From Gemmatimonadota bacterium (GTDB taxonomy: Bacteria; Gemmatimonadota; Gemmatimonadetes; Gemmatimonadales; Gemmatimonadaceae): 64,000 bases of DNA. The notes under the pieces are model-generated. The model was given only the letters and a program-made list of their open reading frames with translations. It ran no database searches and had not been told where the DNA came from. The stretch is taken from positions 215,122 through 279,121 of the forward strand of contig JAZJZK010000008.1 in the NCBI GenBank assembly GCA_040389905.1. The letters run 5' to 3'. The translations under genes were made by a program, and so were the position numbers. Position 1 is the first letter of the stretch, and every line of letters begins with the position of its first letter. Shown piece after piece: positions 50,213 to 59,983 of this stretch.

Positions 50213-50616
50213 GTGAAATCACGGGGCTGCTGTCTCCCACGGGCTGGGCACCTCCGCGCGGCTACAGCAACGGCGTTGTGGCACACGGACGCATCGTCGT
50301 GCTCGCCGGCCAGATTGGGTGGAATCCCTCGCTGGCGGAGTTCGAGACAGATGATTTTGTGCTTCAAGTGCGGCAGTGCCTGGAGAACATCATGGTGTTG
50401 CTGGGTGAGGCAGGCGCGTCGTCGGAGCATCTGGTACGCCTGACGTGGTTCATTACGGATCGGAACCGCTACATCGAGTCGACCAAGCGCATCGGCGAGG
50501 TCTACCGCGATGTCATGGGCCGACACTTTCCGCCGATGTCGGTCATCGTCGTCTCGGGCCTCATGGAGGAACGCGCGCTCGTGGAGATCGAGGCGACGGC
50601 CGTCATCCCAGAATGA
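50209..50616 (+). CDS. RidA/YjgF family protein
   Basis: P.GW..PRGYSNG; AGQIGW; GRHFPPM; LVEIEATAV. Confidence 0.9.
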   Translation: MSEITGLLSPTGWAPPRGYSNGVVAHGRIVVLAGQIGWNPSLAEFETDDFVLQVRQCLENIMVLLGEAGASSEHLVRLTWFITDRNRYIESTKRIGEVYRDVMGRHFPPMSVIVVSGLMEERALVEIEATAVIPE

Positions 50617-50831
50617 GCGCGCAGTTCGAGTCTGAGGAGCAGAAGGCGATTCTCGCCCAGGTGGCCGCTGGCGAGCGGCCCATCTGTCCGCGCGATGCCA
50701 CGCCAATGACCACGCGATCGATTGGCGGTGGGTCGTTCGGGCTGGGCTATTCTCGGCGGCGGGAGTGGCTGATCTGCCCGACGTGTAAACGGTCGTTTAT
50801 TTTCGATTTCAAGCGCGGGACGCGAAACTGA
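50613..50831 (+). CDS. Small putative zinc-ribbon protein
   Basis: ATGA overlap with the RidA stop; CPRD...CPTC; 72 aa. Confidence 0.65.
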   Translation: MSAQFESEEQKAILAQVAAGERPICPRDATPMTTRSIGGGSFGLGYSRRREWLICPTCKRSFIFDFKRGTRN

Positions 50832-50969
50832 CGACGCGGAGGGCACGCGTCGACGGCTGTGGTCGGTAAACGAAAGTTTGCTATTGTCGGGCCCCGCGAT
50901 ACGTTTGTTTACCGCTCGCGGCGAATGAGCGGCGACTGAATCCAAGTCCGCCGTCTGCCGGGAGCCCCG

Positions 50970-53900
50970 ATGTTGTTCAACCGCCAAGTCTTCGGCGTGG
51001 TTGCGAGCGCGCTCGCCCTGATGTCCAGTGCCGCCTCGTCCGGCGCACGGCTCCACGCACAGGGAACGATCGGCCTCGCGGTTGGCCAGCCGCCGACCAT
51101 GCGTGTCCTCCCATCGGGCAAGATCGCCGTGCCGGTCACGCTCGACATGAGTGCTTCGGCCGGCGGAAATCTTGCCTCCCTCGCGACGGGCATTAGTTGG
51201 ACGTCCACGCGGTTGACGCTGGACTCCGTCAAGGCGGGCGCGTTCGGCACGCTGACGTCGAACATTGCTGGCGCGGCCACCGGCAGCGCGTCGCTTTCGG
51301 TGTCGAGTGCCACCGGCACGACGGCCACCGCGACCATTGCGACGCTGTATTTCACGGCCGCGAGTACGGCAGGAGGAACGCGCATCCTCGTGGGGCCGAC
51401 GGCGGGTGCCAATCAGGCAGCCACCAGCGTCCTGTCGCTGATTCGCCCGCGCGGTCTCGACGTCTGCGTCGGCCCTCACGGGCGCTGGGGCGACGCGAAT
51501 GGCGACGACGTGGTCAATATCATCGACGCGCAACAGGTGGCCCGGCTCTCGGTGTTCCTCAGCGTCGCGAACTCGGCGTCCGCGGCATCGCGCGGCGACG
51601 TGACGTCGGATGGGAGCGTTAATGTCATCGACGCGCAACAGATCGCGCGCTTCAGCGTCGGCTTGTCGGCGTCAGCTCGAGTCAACGCGTCGCAACTCGT
51701 GGCGCCGGCTGTGGCGAGTGTGGGGATCACGCCCAACTCGCCGGCCCTCGCACCAGGTGGCGTGGTGCAGCTCACCGGCACGCCGCGCGACGCGGGCAAT
51801 GCGGACGTGACCGGGTGCTCTGCGGTGACGTGGACCAGCAGTGATGCCACGAAAGCGACGGTCGATGCCGACGGTGGCATGGTGACGGGCGTCGCCGCTG
51901 GCGCGGCAACGATCACGGCGACGAGTGGCGGTGCGACTGCAACGGTGACGATCACTGTCGCTACTCCCGTTGGGTCGGTGGTCGTGAGTCCGGGTAGCGC
52001 CGGTCTTTTTCTCGGCGCGACGCAACAATTCACCGCAGCGGTCAAGGACGTTGGGGGAAACACGCTGGCCGGCCGAGTGGTGACATGGGCGACGTCGAAT
52101 GCGTCGGTTGCGACGGTGAACGCAAGCGGGCTGGTAACGGCAGTTGCGGCGGGGAGCGCAACGATAACAGCCGCGAGCGAAGGAAAGAGTGGAACCGCGA
52201 CGATCACGGTGACATCCACGCCCCCGGACCTGGTGCCGGAGACGATCAGCGCCGGGCGGGATCACAGCTGCGGGCTCACGACCACCGGGGCTGCCTACTG
52301 CTGGGGGCTCAACACGAGCGGACAGCTTGGCAATGGTACGCTCACGAACCGATCGACACCGGGTGCGGTTGGCGGTGGCCTGACGTTTCGAAGCATCAGT
52401 GCGGGAGTGGCCCACACCGTCGCACTCACCGCGGCCGGTGTCGCGTACTCCTGGGGCGACAACAGCGAAGGTGAGATCGGCGACGGAACGGCTACTCGGC
52501 GCACGACACCCGTGGCGGTAGTGGGCGGCCTGACCTTCCAGAGCGTGGATGCCGGGCAGAACTTTACGGTGGCCGTGACGACGTCAGGGGCCGGCTACGC
52601 GTGGGGAAGTAACGCGCTGGGCCAGTTGGGCAATGGCACACTGAGCACTCGCTTGACACCTGTCGCCATCACCGGTGGTGTGGTCTTTCACAGCATCTCC
52701 GCCGGCGCCGCGCACGCCGTCGGACTCTCGACCACGGGCGCGGCGTACGCGTGGGGATACAACCCAGGTGCGCTTGGCGACGGTACCAATACGCAGCGCA
52801 CGACTCCGGTGCCAGTTTCCGGAGGACTGAGCTTCATCAATGTCGCGGCCGGCGGAAGCTTCAGCATCGGGATCACGGCATCCGGTCTTGCATACGCCTG
52901 GGGAAATAACTCCAACGGCCAGTTGGGCGACGGGACTGTTACCCAGCGACTCACTCCGGTTCCTGTTTCTGGAGGAGTTCGTTTCCAGCGCGTGAGTGCA
53001 GGTGATTCCCATGCGCTGGCGCTCACCAGCGGTGGCGCACTGTACGCGTGGGGAGGCAACGCCTCCGGCGCGCTCGGTGATGGCACAGTCGCCAGCAGTC
53101 TGGCCCCCGTCGCAATTGCCGCCGGCGGGACGTTCACGCGCGTGAGCGCCGGCGGAACCCACAGTTTGGCGTTCGCAGGTGGGGGAGCCTACTCCTGGGG
53201 TAACAGCCAGTATGGTCAGCTGGGCAATGGCTCGACGACCACTCGTCCCTCCATCGGCGCCATTGGCGCCCCATTCGCAGCCCCCACCGTTTCACGGGTA
53301 GAGGTCACACCCGTCGGTGGTTCCGCAAGCATCGGCGGAACGCTGCAACTCTTCCAAGGAGCGTTCGATGCCGTGGGCCTTCCCGTGACGGGACGGAGCT
53401 TCGTGTGGAGCAGCGCAAACAGCGCGATCGCCACCGTAAACGCGGCAGGTCTGGTGACCGGTATTGCCGATGGAACTGCGGTCGTGACCGCCACAGCAGA
53501 TGGTGTCAGCGGTAGCGTCGCGGTTCGCATTGGATCTCCCGTGTCGAGCATCAGCCTCGCGCCGCTCGCGGCCACTATCGGGCTGACAGACACACTCCGC
53601 ATGGTGGTGACCGCGCGTGATGCGTCAGGCAACGTGCTCCCGGGCGTTACGACGACATGGCGGACCTCGGCGCCATCCGTTGCCTCGATAAGTCTGCCAG
53701 GGACGGTACAGGCGCTGTCTGTCGGATATACGACGATCACCGCGACCGTCGAAGGAAAAACGGCATCGACGACCGTTCGGGTGGTCAACGACACACGCCT
53801 CACGTTCGGCTCGCGGACATTCACGCTCGGACGAGCTTCCACCGTGGACGTCCCGGTCTTCCTTGGATATGCGGCCACTTCGACGGTCGTGGTGAACCTG

Positions 53901-56882
53901 AGCAGCAGCGACCCGCTCAAGGCGACCTTCGCGACCCCTCGCCTCGTCTTCAGCCCCGGCGTGACCACACTCAATGCGTCACTGCAGGGACTCACGCTCG
54001 GCACCGTCACACTGTTCGCCCGCGACTCGGCGAGCGTCTTCGCACCCGACAGCGTCCCCGCGACCGTGCAGATCACGGCAAGCATCAAGGCGCCAGAGAT
54101 CGAGACATCGCAGCGTTTTCACGTGATGAATGTCGGCGACCGCTATGGTGCCGAGGTTCGTCTTTCCGACCCCGCGCCGCCGGGTGGCCTAGCATTCACA
54201 CTCGAGAGCAGTGGTGCGCTTCGTGCCGAGCCGGCAACGATCGTCGTGCCCGCGGGACAGCTCGCAGCGGAATTCGCAATCATTGGTGTCTCACCATCGG
54301 TGGGCGCCATCAACGTGCGCGCCGTGTCATCGAGTACCTCTCCGGTCGATTTCGCGCTCACTGTACACGCCGCGCGCTTCACGTTCCTCTCCGGGAACGG
54401 CACGACGAAATTCACCATCGGACGCGGCCAACAAGAATCCTTCGGCGCACAGGCAACTCCAGTGTCGCTGCGGACACCTGTGCCGACGAGCTTTCCGGGG
54501 GCAGTCACATTCACCGTGGGAACGCCAACGGTGCTGGGTTCGACAACGGGCTTTGTCTGGAACACCGATGTGAACTCGTATTTCGTACCCGTGCGCGGCC
54601 TGGCGACCGGCCAGTCCACGCTGACGGCCTCTGCGCCGGGATGGACATCGGAGACGCCCACGGTCGTGGTCACTTCGCCAAAGGTGTTGTTCCATCCGAC
54701 TGCCGGACTGCAGAACCCGGCGTGGTACACAACCTCGCCGGAACGACAGCACGCCTTCATTCTCGTCGACTCCCTGAACTTCGCGCATCCCGCCACGGAT
54801 TCAGTCCGCTTCACTGTTCGCTCGAGCGACCCTTCGGTCATGCGCGTCCGGAACCCCGACGGTGTCTTTGTGCCCGGAGGATTTCAGGCGATCGTGCATC
54901 CGTTCTTTGCCCCCGGCGGCACGGCAGGAAAGGCGTGGCTGTACACGGAGGCGCCGGGCTACCTGAAAGACTCGTTGCAGGTCACCGTGTTCGCGCCGAA
55001 GATCGACTTCGTCGGCAAGCAGCCGCTTGTACCCGGCTTCGAGCAGGCAGGTACCATGGCCTCCGTGGCGCTGCCAACCGGTTCCGGCGACGCCACCATT
55101 CGATTCATCAGTAGCGATACGATGGTCGTGGCGGTCGACACATTACGCGTCGTTGCGCCGTACAACTACGGAAGTCCGACGCTTCGTGTACGCAGCGCAG
55201 GCACTGCGACGGTGATCGCGTCCGCCACGGGGTATGCGCCGGATACGGTCGTCTATCGCACGGGCACGGGGAGACTCTTCATGACGCCGTTGCAATACGC
55301 CCGGCCGATTGTGATGCCCGCATTCGCCATCGCGCAGATCAACACCGCCGCAAACGACTCGCTGGGGAATGGACTCGGGAAGGTGCTTCAGGCGCGGACC
55401 TTCCAGTTTGTGATCCTGGACCCGTCGATCGTCCAGATCGATTCGGGACTCACCACGCGCGCCCAAGGCGAGTACCCGAGTTTTAGTCGCTCGCTGAAAG
55501 CCGTCGGTGCGGGCACCACGAAATTGATCGTTACGTCAGCGGGCCTGCGTCCGGACACGCTGGCAATAACGGTAACGCCGGCCCCGCTCGGCGCGACGAC
55601 GGACCCCGAACTTCAGGCGTATAGTTCGACGGCCAACTCCAATTTCGGCGTTTTCATTCCAACGGTTCGTGACATCCCGATCACGGTCACCCTTACTGCG
55701 CGCCACCCGACGATCGCAACGGTGCCAACCACGGTCACGATTGCAGCCGGAAGCACAGTCGCGAACATACCGTGGACAGCCATCGCCCAGGGCGCCGACA
55801 CCGTCGATCTCACCGCCCCCGGATACACGACTGCCCGGACGATTCTCCACGTGCCACGCGGCAAGATTCAGGAGATCGGAATCGGTGGCGGCCTTCGGAC
55901 CACCAGCACCCTTCAGGGAAATGTGTACCTTGGCACCCGCAACGCGTCTCCGAATATGTGGGGGAACACCACGCGCCCTGTCACGCTGTTGCTGACGTCC
56001 ACGGATTCGACGGTGATGCGGCCCACGGTCGCCGCGGTGCGCATTCCGCAAGGGAGCCAGAACGTCCTGGTTACTGTGCGCGGTGTGACGCCCGGTACCG
56101 CGCGGCTCATCGTCACGGATTCGGCGGGGCTCTACGAGCCCGATACGACCGTCGCGCTGACGGTCACCGCGCCGCAGATCTATTTCAACGCTGCCCAAGT
56201 CACGATCGGCATGCGCCAGCGCCGGAGCGGCGGTTGCTCGAACGGCAGTCTCTGCCTCTACGTGTCCGATAGTGTGCGCAACGCTCCGGTCGTCATCGCA
56301 ATCGCGAACAGCGAGCCGCGCACGCTGAGCGCCCCGACAAGCGCGACCATCCCAATCGGTGGCACATTTGTCGAGGTGCCGATCACGGGTCTCGATACCA
56401 CGGCGTCCGTTTCGTTGATTGCAACCGCGACAGGATATCAGCAGGGCCGAACGGACATCGACATCCGCCGCCCGGCGCTGTCACTCGGCCTGACCCTTTC
56501 AGCGCCCGTTGGCACGCGGTACGCGCTGACCGCGTATCTGCGCGACAGTTTAGACCAGTATCCGCGTACGACCACTGAGGACGTCACGTTCACGATTCGC
56601 TCCTCGAATCCTGCGGTCGTTGCGGTGGACTCTGCGCAGTTCGTCATGCGTAGCGGTCAGTCGTATCTCTCGGTGAACTTCGCGCTACGCTACGTAGGCT
56701 TGGGAACCGCCACAATCACGGTCACCGACGAGCGAACGGGATTCGTCCGATATCTCCCGGCGTCGCAGGCTGTGACGGTGACCAGCGCTGCGGTAAACAA
56801 CCGCGTCGGGGCGAGCGAAAGCCCACGGCCGGAGCAGCAATCCACCCCGGTCCCCCTTGGCACTGGGAGTGCGTCTCCCTAG
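50970..56882 (+). CDS. Large secreted multidomain protein: cohesin-like, dockerin, Ig-like (Big_2), RCC1 repeats, further Ig-like domains
   Basis: Signal peptide; duplicated GDANGDDVVNIIDAQQ / GDVTSDGSVNVIDAQQ; WTSSD..ATV...G.VT Big_2 motifs; repeated AY.WG.N..GQLG.G. Confidence 0.88.
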   Translation: MLFNRQVFGVVASALALMSSAASSGARLHAQGTIGLAVGQPPTMRVLPSGKIAVPVTLDMSASAGGNLASLATGISWTSTRLTLDSVKAGAFGTLTSNIAGAATGSASLSVSSATGTTATATIATLYFTAASTAGGTRILVGPTAGANQAATSVLSLIRPRGLDVCVGPHGRWGDANGDDVVNIIDAQQVARLSVFLSVANSASAASRGDVTSDGSVNVIDAQQIARFSVGLSASARVNASQLVAPAVASVGITPNSPALAPGGVVQLTGTPRDAGNADVTGCSAVTWTSSDATKATVDADGGMVTGVAAGAATITATSGGATATVTITVATPVGSVVVSPGSAGLFLGATQQFTAAVKDVGGNTLAGRVVTWATSNASVATVNASGLVTAVAAGSATITAASEGKSGTATITVTSTPPDLVPETISAGRDHSCGLTTTGAAYCWGLNTSGQLGNGTLTNRSTPGAVGGGLTFRSISAGVAHTVALTAAGVAYSWGDNSEGEIGDGTATRRTTPVAVVGGLTFQSVDAGQNFTVAVTTSGAGYAWGSNALGQLGNGTLSTRLTPVAITGGVVFHSISAGAAHAVGLSTTGAAYAWGYNPGALGDGTNTQRTTPVPVSGGLSFINVAAGGSFSIGITASGLAYAWGNNSNGQLGDGTVTQRLTPVPVSGGVRFQRVSAGDSHALALTSGGALYAWGGNASGALGDGTVASSLAPVAIAAGGTFTRVSAGGTHSLAFAGGGAYSWGNSQYGQLGNGSTTTRPSIGAIGAPFAAPTVSRVEVTPVGGSASIGGTLQLFQGAFDAVGLPVTGRSFVWSSANSAIATVNAAGLVTGIADGTAVVTATADGVSGSVAVRIGSPVSSISLAPLAATIGLTDTLRMVVTARDASGNVLPGVTTTWRTSAPSVASISLPGTVQALSVGYTTITATVEGKTASTTVRVVNDTRLTFGSRTFTLGRASTVDVPVFLGYAATSTVVVNLSSSDPLKATFATPRLVFSPGVTTLNASLQGLTLGTVTLFARDSASVFAPDSVPATVQITASIKAPEIETSQRFHVMNVGDRYGAEVRLSDPAPPGGLAFTLESSGALRAEPATIVVPAGQLAAEFAIIGVSPSVGAINVRAVSSSTSPVDFALTVHAARFTFLSGNGTTKFTIGRGQQESFGAQATPVSLRTPVPTSFPGAVTFTVGTPTVLGSTTGFVWNTDVNSYFVPVRGLATGQSTLTASAPGWTSETPTVVVTSPKVLFHPTAGLQNPAWYTTSPERQHAFILVDSLNFAHPATDSVRFTVRSSDPSVMRVRNPDGVFVPGGFQAIVHPFFAPGGTAGKAWLYTEAPGYLKDSLQVTVFAPKIDFVGKQPLVPGFEQAGTMASVALPTGSGDATIRFISSDTMVVAVDTLRVVAPYNYGSPTLRVRSAGTATVIASATGYAPDTVVYRTGTGRLFMTPLQYARPIVMPAFAIAQINTAANDSLGNGLGKVLQARTFQFVILDPSIVQIDSGLTTRAQGEYPSFSRSLKAVGAGTTKLIVTSAGLRPDTLAITVTPAPLGATTDPELQAYSSTANSNFGVFIPTVRDIPITVTLTARHPTIATVPTTVTIAAGSTVANIPWTAIAQGADTVDLTAPGYTTARTILHVPRGKIQEIGIGGGLRTTSTLQGNVYLGTRNASPNMWGNTTRPVTLLLTSTDSTVMRPTVAAVRIPQGSQNVLVTVRGVTPGTARLIVTDSAGLYEPDTTVALTVTAPQIYFNAAQVTIGMRQRRSGGCSNGSLCLYVSDSVRNAPVVIAIANSEPRTLSAPTSATIPIGGTFVEVPITGLDTTASVSLIATATGYQQGRTDIDIRRPALSLGLTLSAPVGTRYALTAYLRDSLDQYPRTTTEDVTFTIRSSNPAVVAVDSAQFVMRSGQSYLSVNFALRYVGLGTATITVTDERTGFVRYLPASQAVTVTSAAVNNRVGASESPRPEQQSTPVPLGTGSASP

Positions 56883-56927
56883 TGGAGTGTCCCCGAAGTT
56901 CTGATAGCAGGAGGGAGCACCGGCACA

Positions 56928-57080
56928 TTGAACGCAAATTGAGCGGATTGACCCGCGAAAACATGATTGGTTCGGCGAGGCACGACAGCAGCAGTTCACC
57001 GCGAAGTCGTCAAGAACGTGCTTCTCGTGTTTTCCCGCGTGATCATGGTTCTTCTTTCGATCCGCTTGATCCGCGTTCAA
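56928..57080. repeat. Family C inverted repeat with a long loop
   Basis: TTGAACGCAAATTGAGCGGATTGA...TCGATCCGCTTGATCCGCGTTCAA. Confidence 0.75.
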
Positions 57081-57178
57081 TGTGCCGGCGCGCCGACCGA
57101 TTCCGACCCGGCGGTTCCAACCGACCCTGCTATCTTCGGTGACGGTCCACTGGTACCATCATGCGCACGAACGACCAG

Positions 57179-57285
57179 CCCGTGCCCGTGCCTGAGCCCG
57201 GGCCTGAAGGCAAGCCCGAGCCTAGGCCCTAGCCCAAGCCCGCGGCCAAGCCCGCGGTTGGCCCGGGCCCCAGCCCAAGCCCCCA
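57179..57285. repeat. Degenerate hexamer tandem tract (GCCCNN)n
   Basis: CCCGTGCCCGTGCCTGAGCCCGGGCCTGAAGGCAAGCCCGAGCCTAGGCCCTAGCCCAAGCCCG... Confidence 0.6.
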
Positions 57286-57371
57286 TCGCGCGCGTATCAG
57301 CCTGTCGCTCTTCGTCCGTACGACTAACTTTGTTGTGCGAGCCATCATGGCTCGCCCTATCACACCCACAC

Positions 57372-58136
57372 GTGAATTTCGGCGACCGTCTGCAATCGAG
57401 CTTTGCCCAGGTGTTCGGCGACATTGTCCCCGCGCTCCTTGGTGCCCTGGTCATCCTTTTTGCCGGCTACCTGCTGGCCAAGGTGCTCGAAAAGCTCACC
57501 GAGCGTTTCCTGCGTCGCATCCGCCTCAACAAAATGCTGGAAAAAGGCGGCGTCATGCAGGCCGTCGAGCGGTCGGGCTCGCACCTGAATCCCGTGCGCG
57601 TCCTCGCCAACCTCGTGTTCTGGTTGGTGATGTTCGCCGTGATTCTCGTCGCCGCCAATGCGTTGGGGCTCGAGTCGCTGGCCAACGTCTTTTCGGAGCT
57701 TGTCAGCTACATCCCGAGCGTAATCGCGGCCATCGTGATCATCCTCGTCGGTATCGTGCTCGGCGGCTTCGTCGGTGGACTCATCTCGGCGTCCGCTGGC
57801 GCCTTGCACGGTGGGCGCGCGCTCGCTCGCGTCGGTCGCGGGGGCGTCATCTTGCTCGCCATCTTCATGGCGCTTCAGGAACTCGGCATCGCCACGGACA
57901 TCGTGACGACCGCGTTCGCGATCCTGTTCGGCGCCATCGCGCTGGCAATGGCGCTTGCATTCGGACTCGGCAATCGAGAGTTGGCCGGCGAGGTCACCCG
58001 CGAGTGGTACGAGCAATACCGCGCCGAGCGTGATGATGCGCTGCGGCGGGAGAAGGAGCTCGAGGCACTCGAAGACGCCGAAATGGATACGGAGTATCCA
58101 GAGTCGGCGCCGACGGAAGCAGAAGGGAAGGAATAA
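57372..58136 (+). CDS. TM-helix repeat protein (CmpX / MscS-associated)
   Basis: P.LLGALVIL..G; SYIPSVIAAIVII; ALQELGIA; ALAFGLG.RELA. Confidence 0.82.
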   Translation: MNFGDRLQSSFAQVFGDIVPALLGALVILFAGYLLAKVLEKLTERFLRRIRLNKMLEKGGVMQAVERSGSHLNPVRVLANLVFWLVMFAVILVAANALGLESLANVFSELVSYIPSVIAAIVIILVGIVLGGFVGGLISASAGALHGGRALARVGRGGVILLAIFMALQELGIATDIVTTAFAILFGAIALAMALAFGLGNRELAGEVTREWYEQYRAERDDALRREKELEALEDAEMDTEYPESAPTEAEGKE

Positions 58137-58142
58137 GGCGCC

Positions 58143-59732
58143 TCAGTAGCGCCAGCTCCTGAGATCGGCGCCGGTCGGTGCCGTTCGCTCCATGTGCGTC
58201 GTCATCTTGCCCATCAACTCGGGCATCGGCGGCCCCCAGCAGTGCGGCGCCATCGGTTGAAAGACGATCTCGCCCGTCCACTTCGGTGACGCGGTCGTCT
58301 TCGTGAAATTCTCCAGCATGTGCACGCCCATGTTGAGGAAATACGAATCCGCGTCGCCGACGTAGACATTGATCTTGTTCGCCACCTTGGGGCCGAGCGT
58401 CGACCACTTGGTCTCGAGGATGTTGCGCAGGTCGTAGTTCTGCTTCCAGTAGTCCGCGACCTTCTTGTCGATCACGCCGGTTTGCTTGTCCCAGATGCGC
58501 GCGGGATAACCGTCCGCACCCACCGGTCCGTAGGTCGCTTCCCAGATGTCCCACTGGCCGCCGGAGCGTGATTTGTCGCCCACGGCGAGCTCGTACCAGT
58601 TCTCGTCCTTCATCATTGCGGTGATGTTGCCGTCAGGACGCCGCTGCGTTGGGCGATCGATCTTCATCCAGCCACGGTTCAGCCAGTAGGCGTTCGTGTC
58701 GGCGTAGACATTCACGATCTGGTGATAGCGGAAGTCGACACCGTCCGGACAGAGCGACCAGGTCCCACCGTAAAAATCCGGATACATCACCTGCTTGGCG
58801 AGGGAGATCCACCCGCCCGTCGAGCCACCGGTGAGCAAGCGCGCCCACGGTTGGCCGATAACGCGGAGCTTGGATTCCACGGCGGGAATCAGCTCCTGCA
58901 TGATCGCGTCGCCAAAGGGTCCGTTGTTCGCGGAATTCACTCCGTATGAATCGTCGTAATACGGCGACGGATGCTGCAACGTCACGATGATCATCCGCGG
59001 CGTGCCATCCGCATTCCAATACGGCGTGGAACCGACGCCGGGCGCGCGCAACGAGAAGTGCCCTTCGCTGTAGACGATCGGGTACTTCGCCTCGGGGTGC
59101 TTGTCGTAGTCCTTCGGCAGGAGGATGACGGCGCCGAGATAGATGGGCTGGCCCCACCACTTGCTGAGGATCTGGCTCTGAATCTTGATGCGTTTGACGT
59201 TGCCAGAGTCCGCAGGCACGACGATGGGCGGAATGACCTTGTCTGCGATGAGCTTGATCGGCTTCGGGGACTTCGGGTCGTACGCAATCTTCACCGGTTC
59301 CCCGAAGATATTGCCCGGCGATCGCTTCCAGTTTTGTCCCTCCCACTGGTCCATGTGCATCCACACCGTGTGGCCGTCGGCGCGCGCGAATTTCGTGTAG
59401 ACATTCACGAACGGCTGCACCCAGTATTCGCCGGCGGGGATGTCCTTCAGGCTGCGCGCCGGGTAGCCCAAGCTCTTGGCGTCGATGGCAGCCGCCTTTC
59501 CCGCCGCAAGGCTCTCGATGTTGACGCCAAAGAGTGGGACGCCTGTTTCGCCCGTTTGCTGGATCGGTGTGCTGCGCGCGTCGCTCGTCTTGCTGAAGGC
59601 GACGTACACTCGGCCGGTGATTGGCTCCGCGTGCGCTTCCTTGGCGAACGAGATCTCGATGCGCGGGCCGGCTTGCGCGTGCGCCGCGTTCGATGCCGCG
59701 GCGAGGAATGCGAAGAGGCGTAGATGCTTCAT
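58143..59732 (-). CDS. Secreted esterase-like alpha/beta hydrolase
   Basis: Signal peptide MKHLRLFAFLAAASNAAHAQ; VILLPKDY; DSYGVNSANNGP; nucleophile GGSTGG. Confidence 0.85.
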   Translation of the reverse strand: MKHLRLFAFLAAASNAAHAQAGPRIEISFAKEAHAEPITGRVYVAFSKTSDARSTPIQQTGETGVPLFGVNIESLAAGKAAAIDAKSLGYPARSLKDIPAGEYWVQPFVNVYTKFARADGHTVWMHMDQWEGQNWKRSPGNIFGEPVKIAYDPKSPKPIKLIADKVIPPIVVPADSGNVKRIKIQSQILSKWWGQPIYLGAVILLPKDYDKHPEAKYPIVYSEGHFSLRAPGVGSTPYWNADGTPRMIIVTLQHPSPYYDDSYGVNSANNGPFGDAIMQELIPAVESKLRVIGQPWARLLTGGSTGGWISLAKQVMYPDFYGGTWSLCPDGVDFRYHQIVNVYADTNAYWLNRGWMKIDRPTQRRPDGNITAMMKDENWYELAVGDKSRSGGQWDIWEATYGPVGADGYPARIWDKQTGVIDKKVADYWKQNYDLRNILETKWSTLGPKVANKINVYVGDADSYFLNMGVHMLENFTKTTASPKWTGEIVFQPMAPHCWGPPMPELMGKMTTHMERTAPTGADLRSWRY

Positions 59733-59800
59733 TTGAGGCTCGAAGTGGGACAGGATAGACATGCTCCTGAAACGGTCATTCGGGAGCACATCGCCACGGA

Positions 59801-59914
59801 TGTCATCCCGAGCGAAGTCGAGGGATCTGCACGCCTGTCCTGAGCGAAGCGAAGGTTCTGCACTTGCCCATAAGGTGCAGCCCCCTCGACTCGCTGCGCT
59901 TGCTCGGGGTGACA
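59801..59914. repeat. Family A composite repeat
   Basis: TGTCATCCCGAGCGAAGTCGAGGGATCTGCAC, inner CCTGTCCTGAGCGAAGCGAAGG, then CCCCTCGACTCGCTGCGCTTGCTCGGGGTGACA. Confidence 0.88.
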
Positions 59915-59983
59915 ATCGTTCAGGAGATAATATGTCTCCCGACGGTCGCCGGCGCATGCGCGAACGTCGGGCTGGCACCTGCG

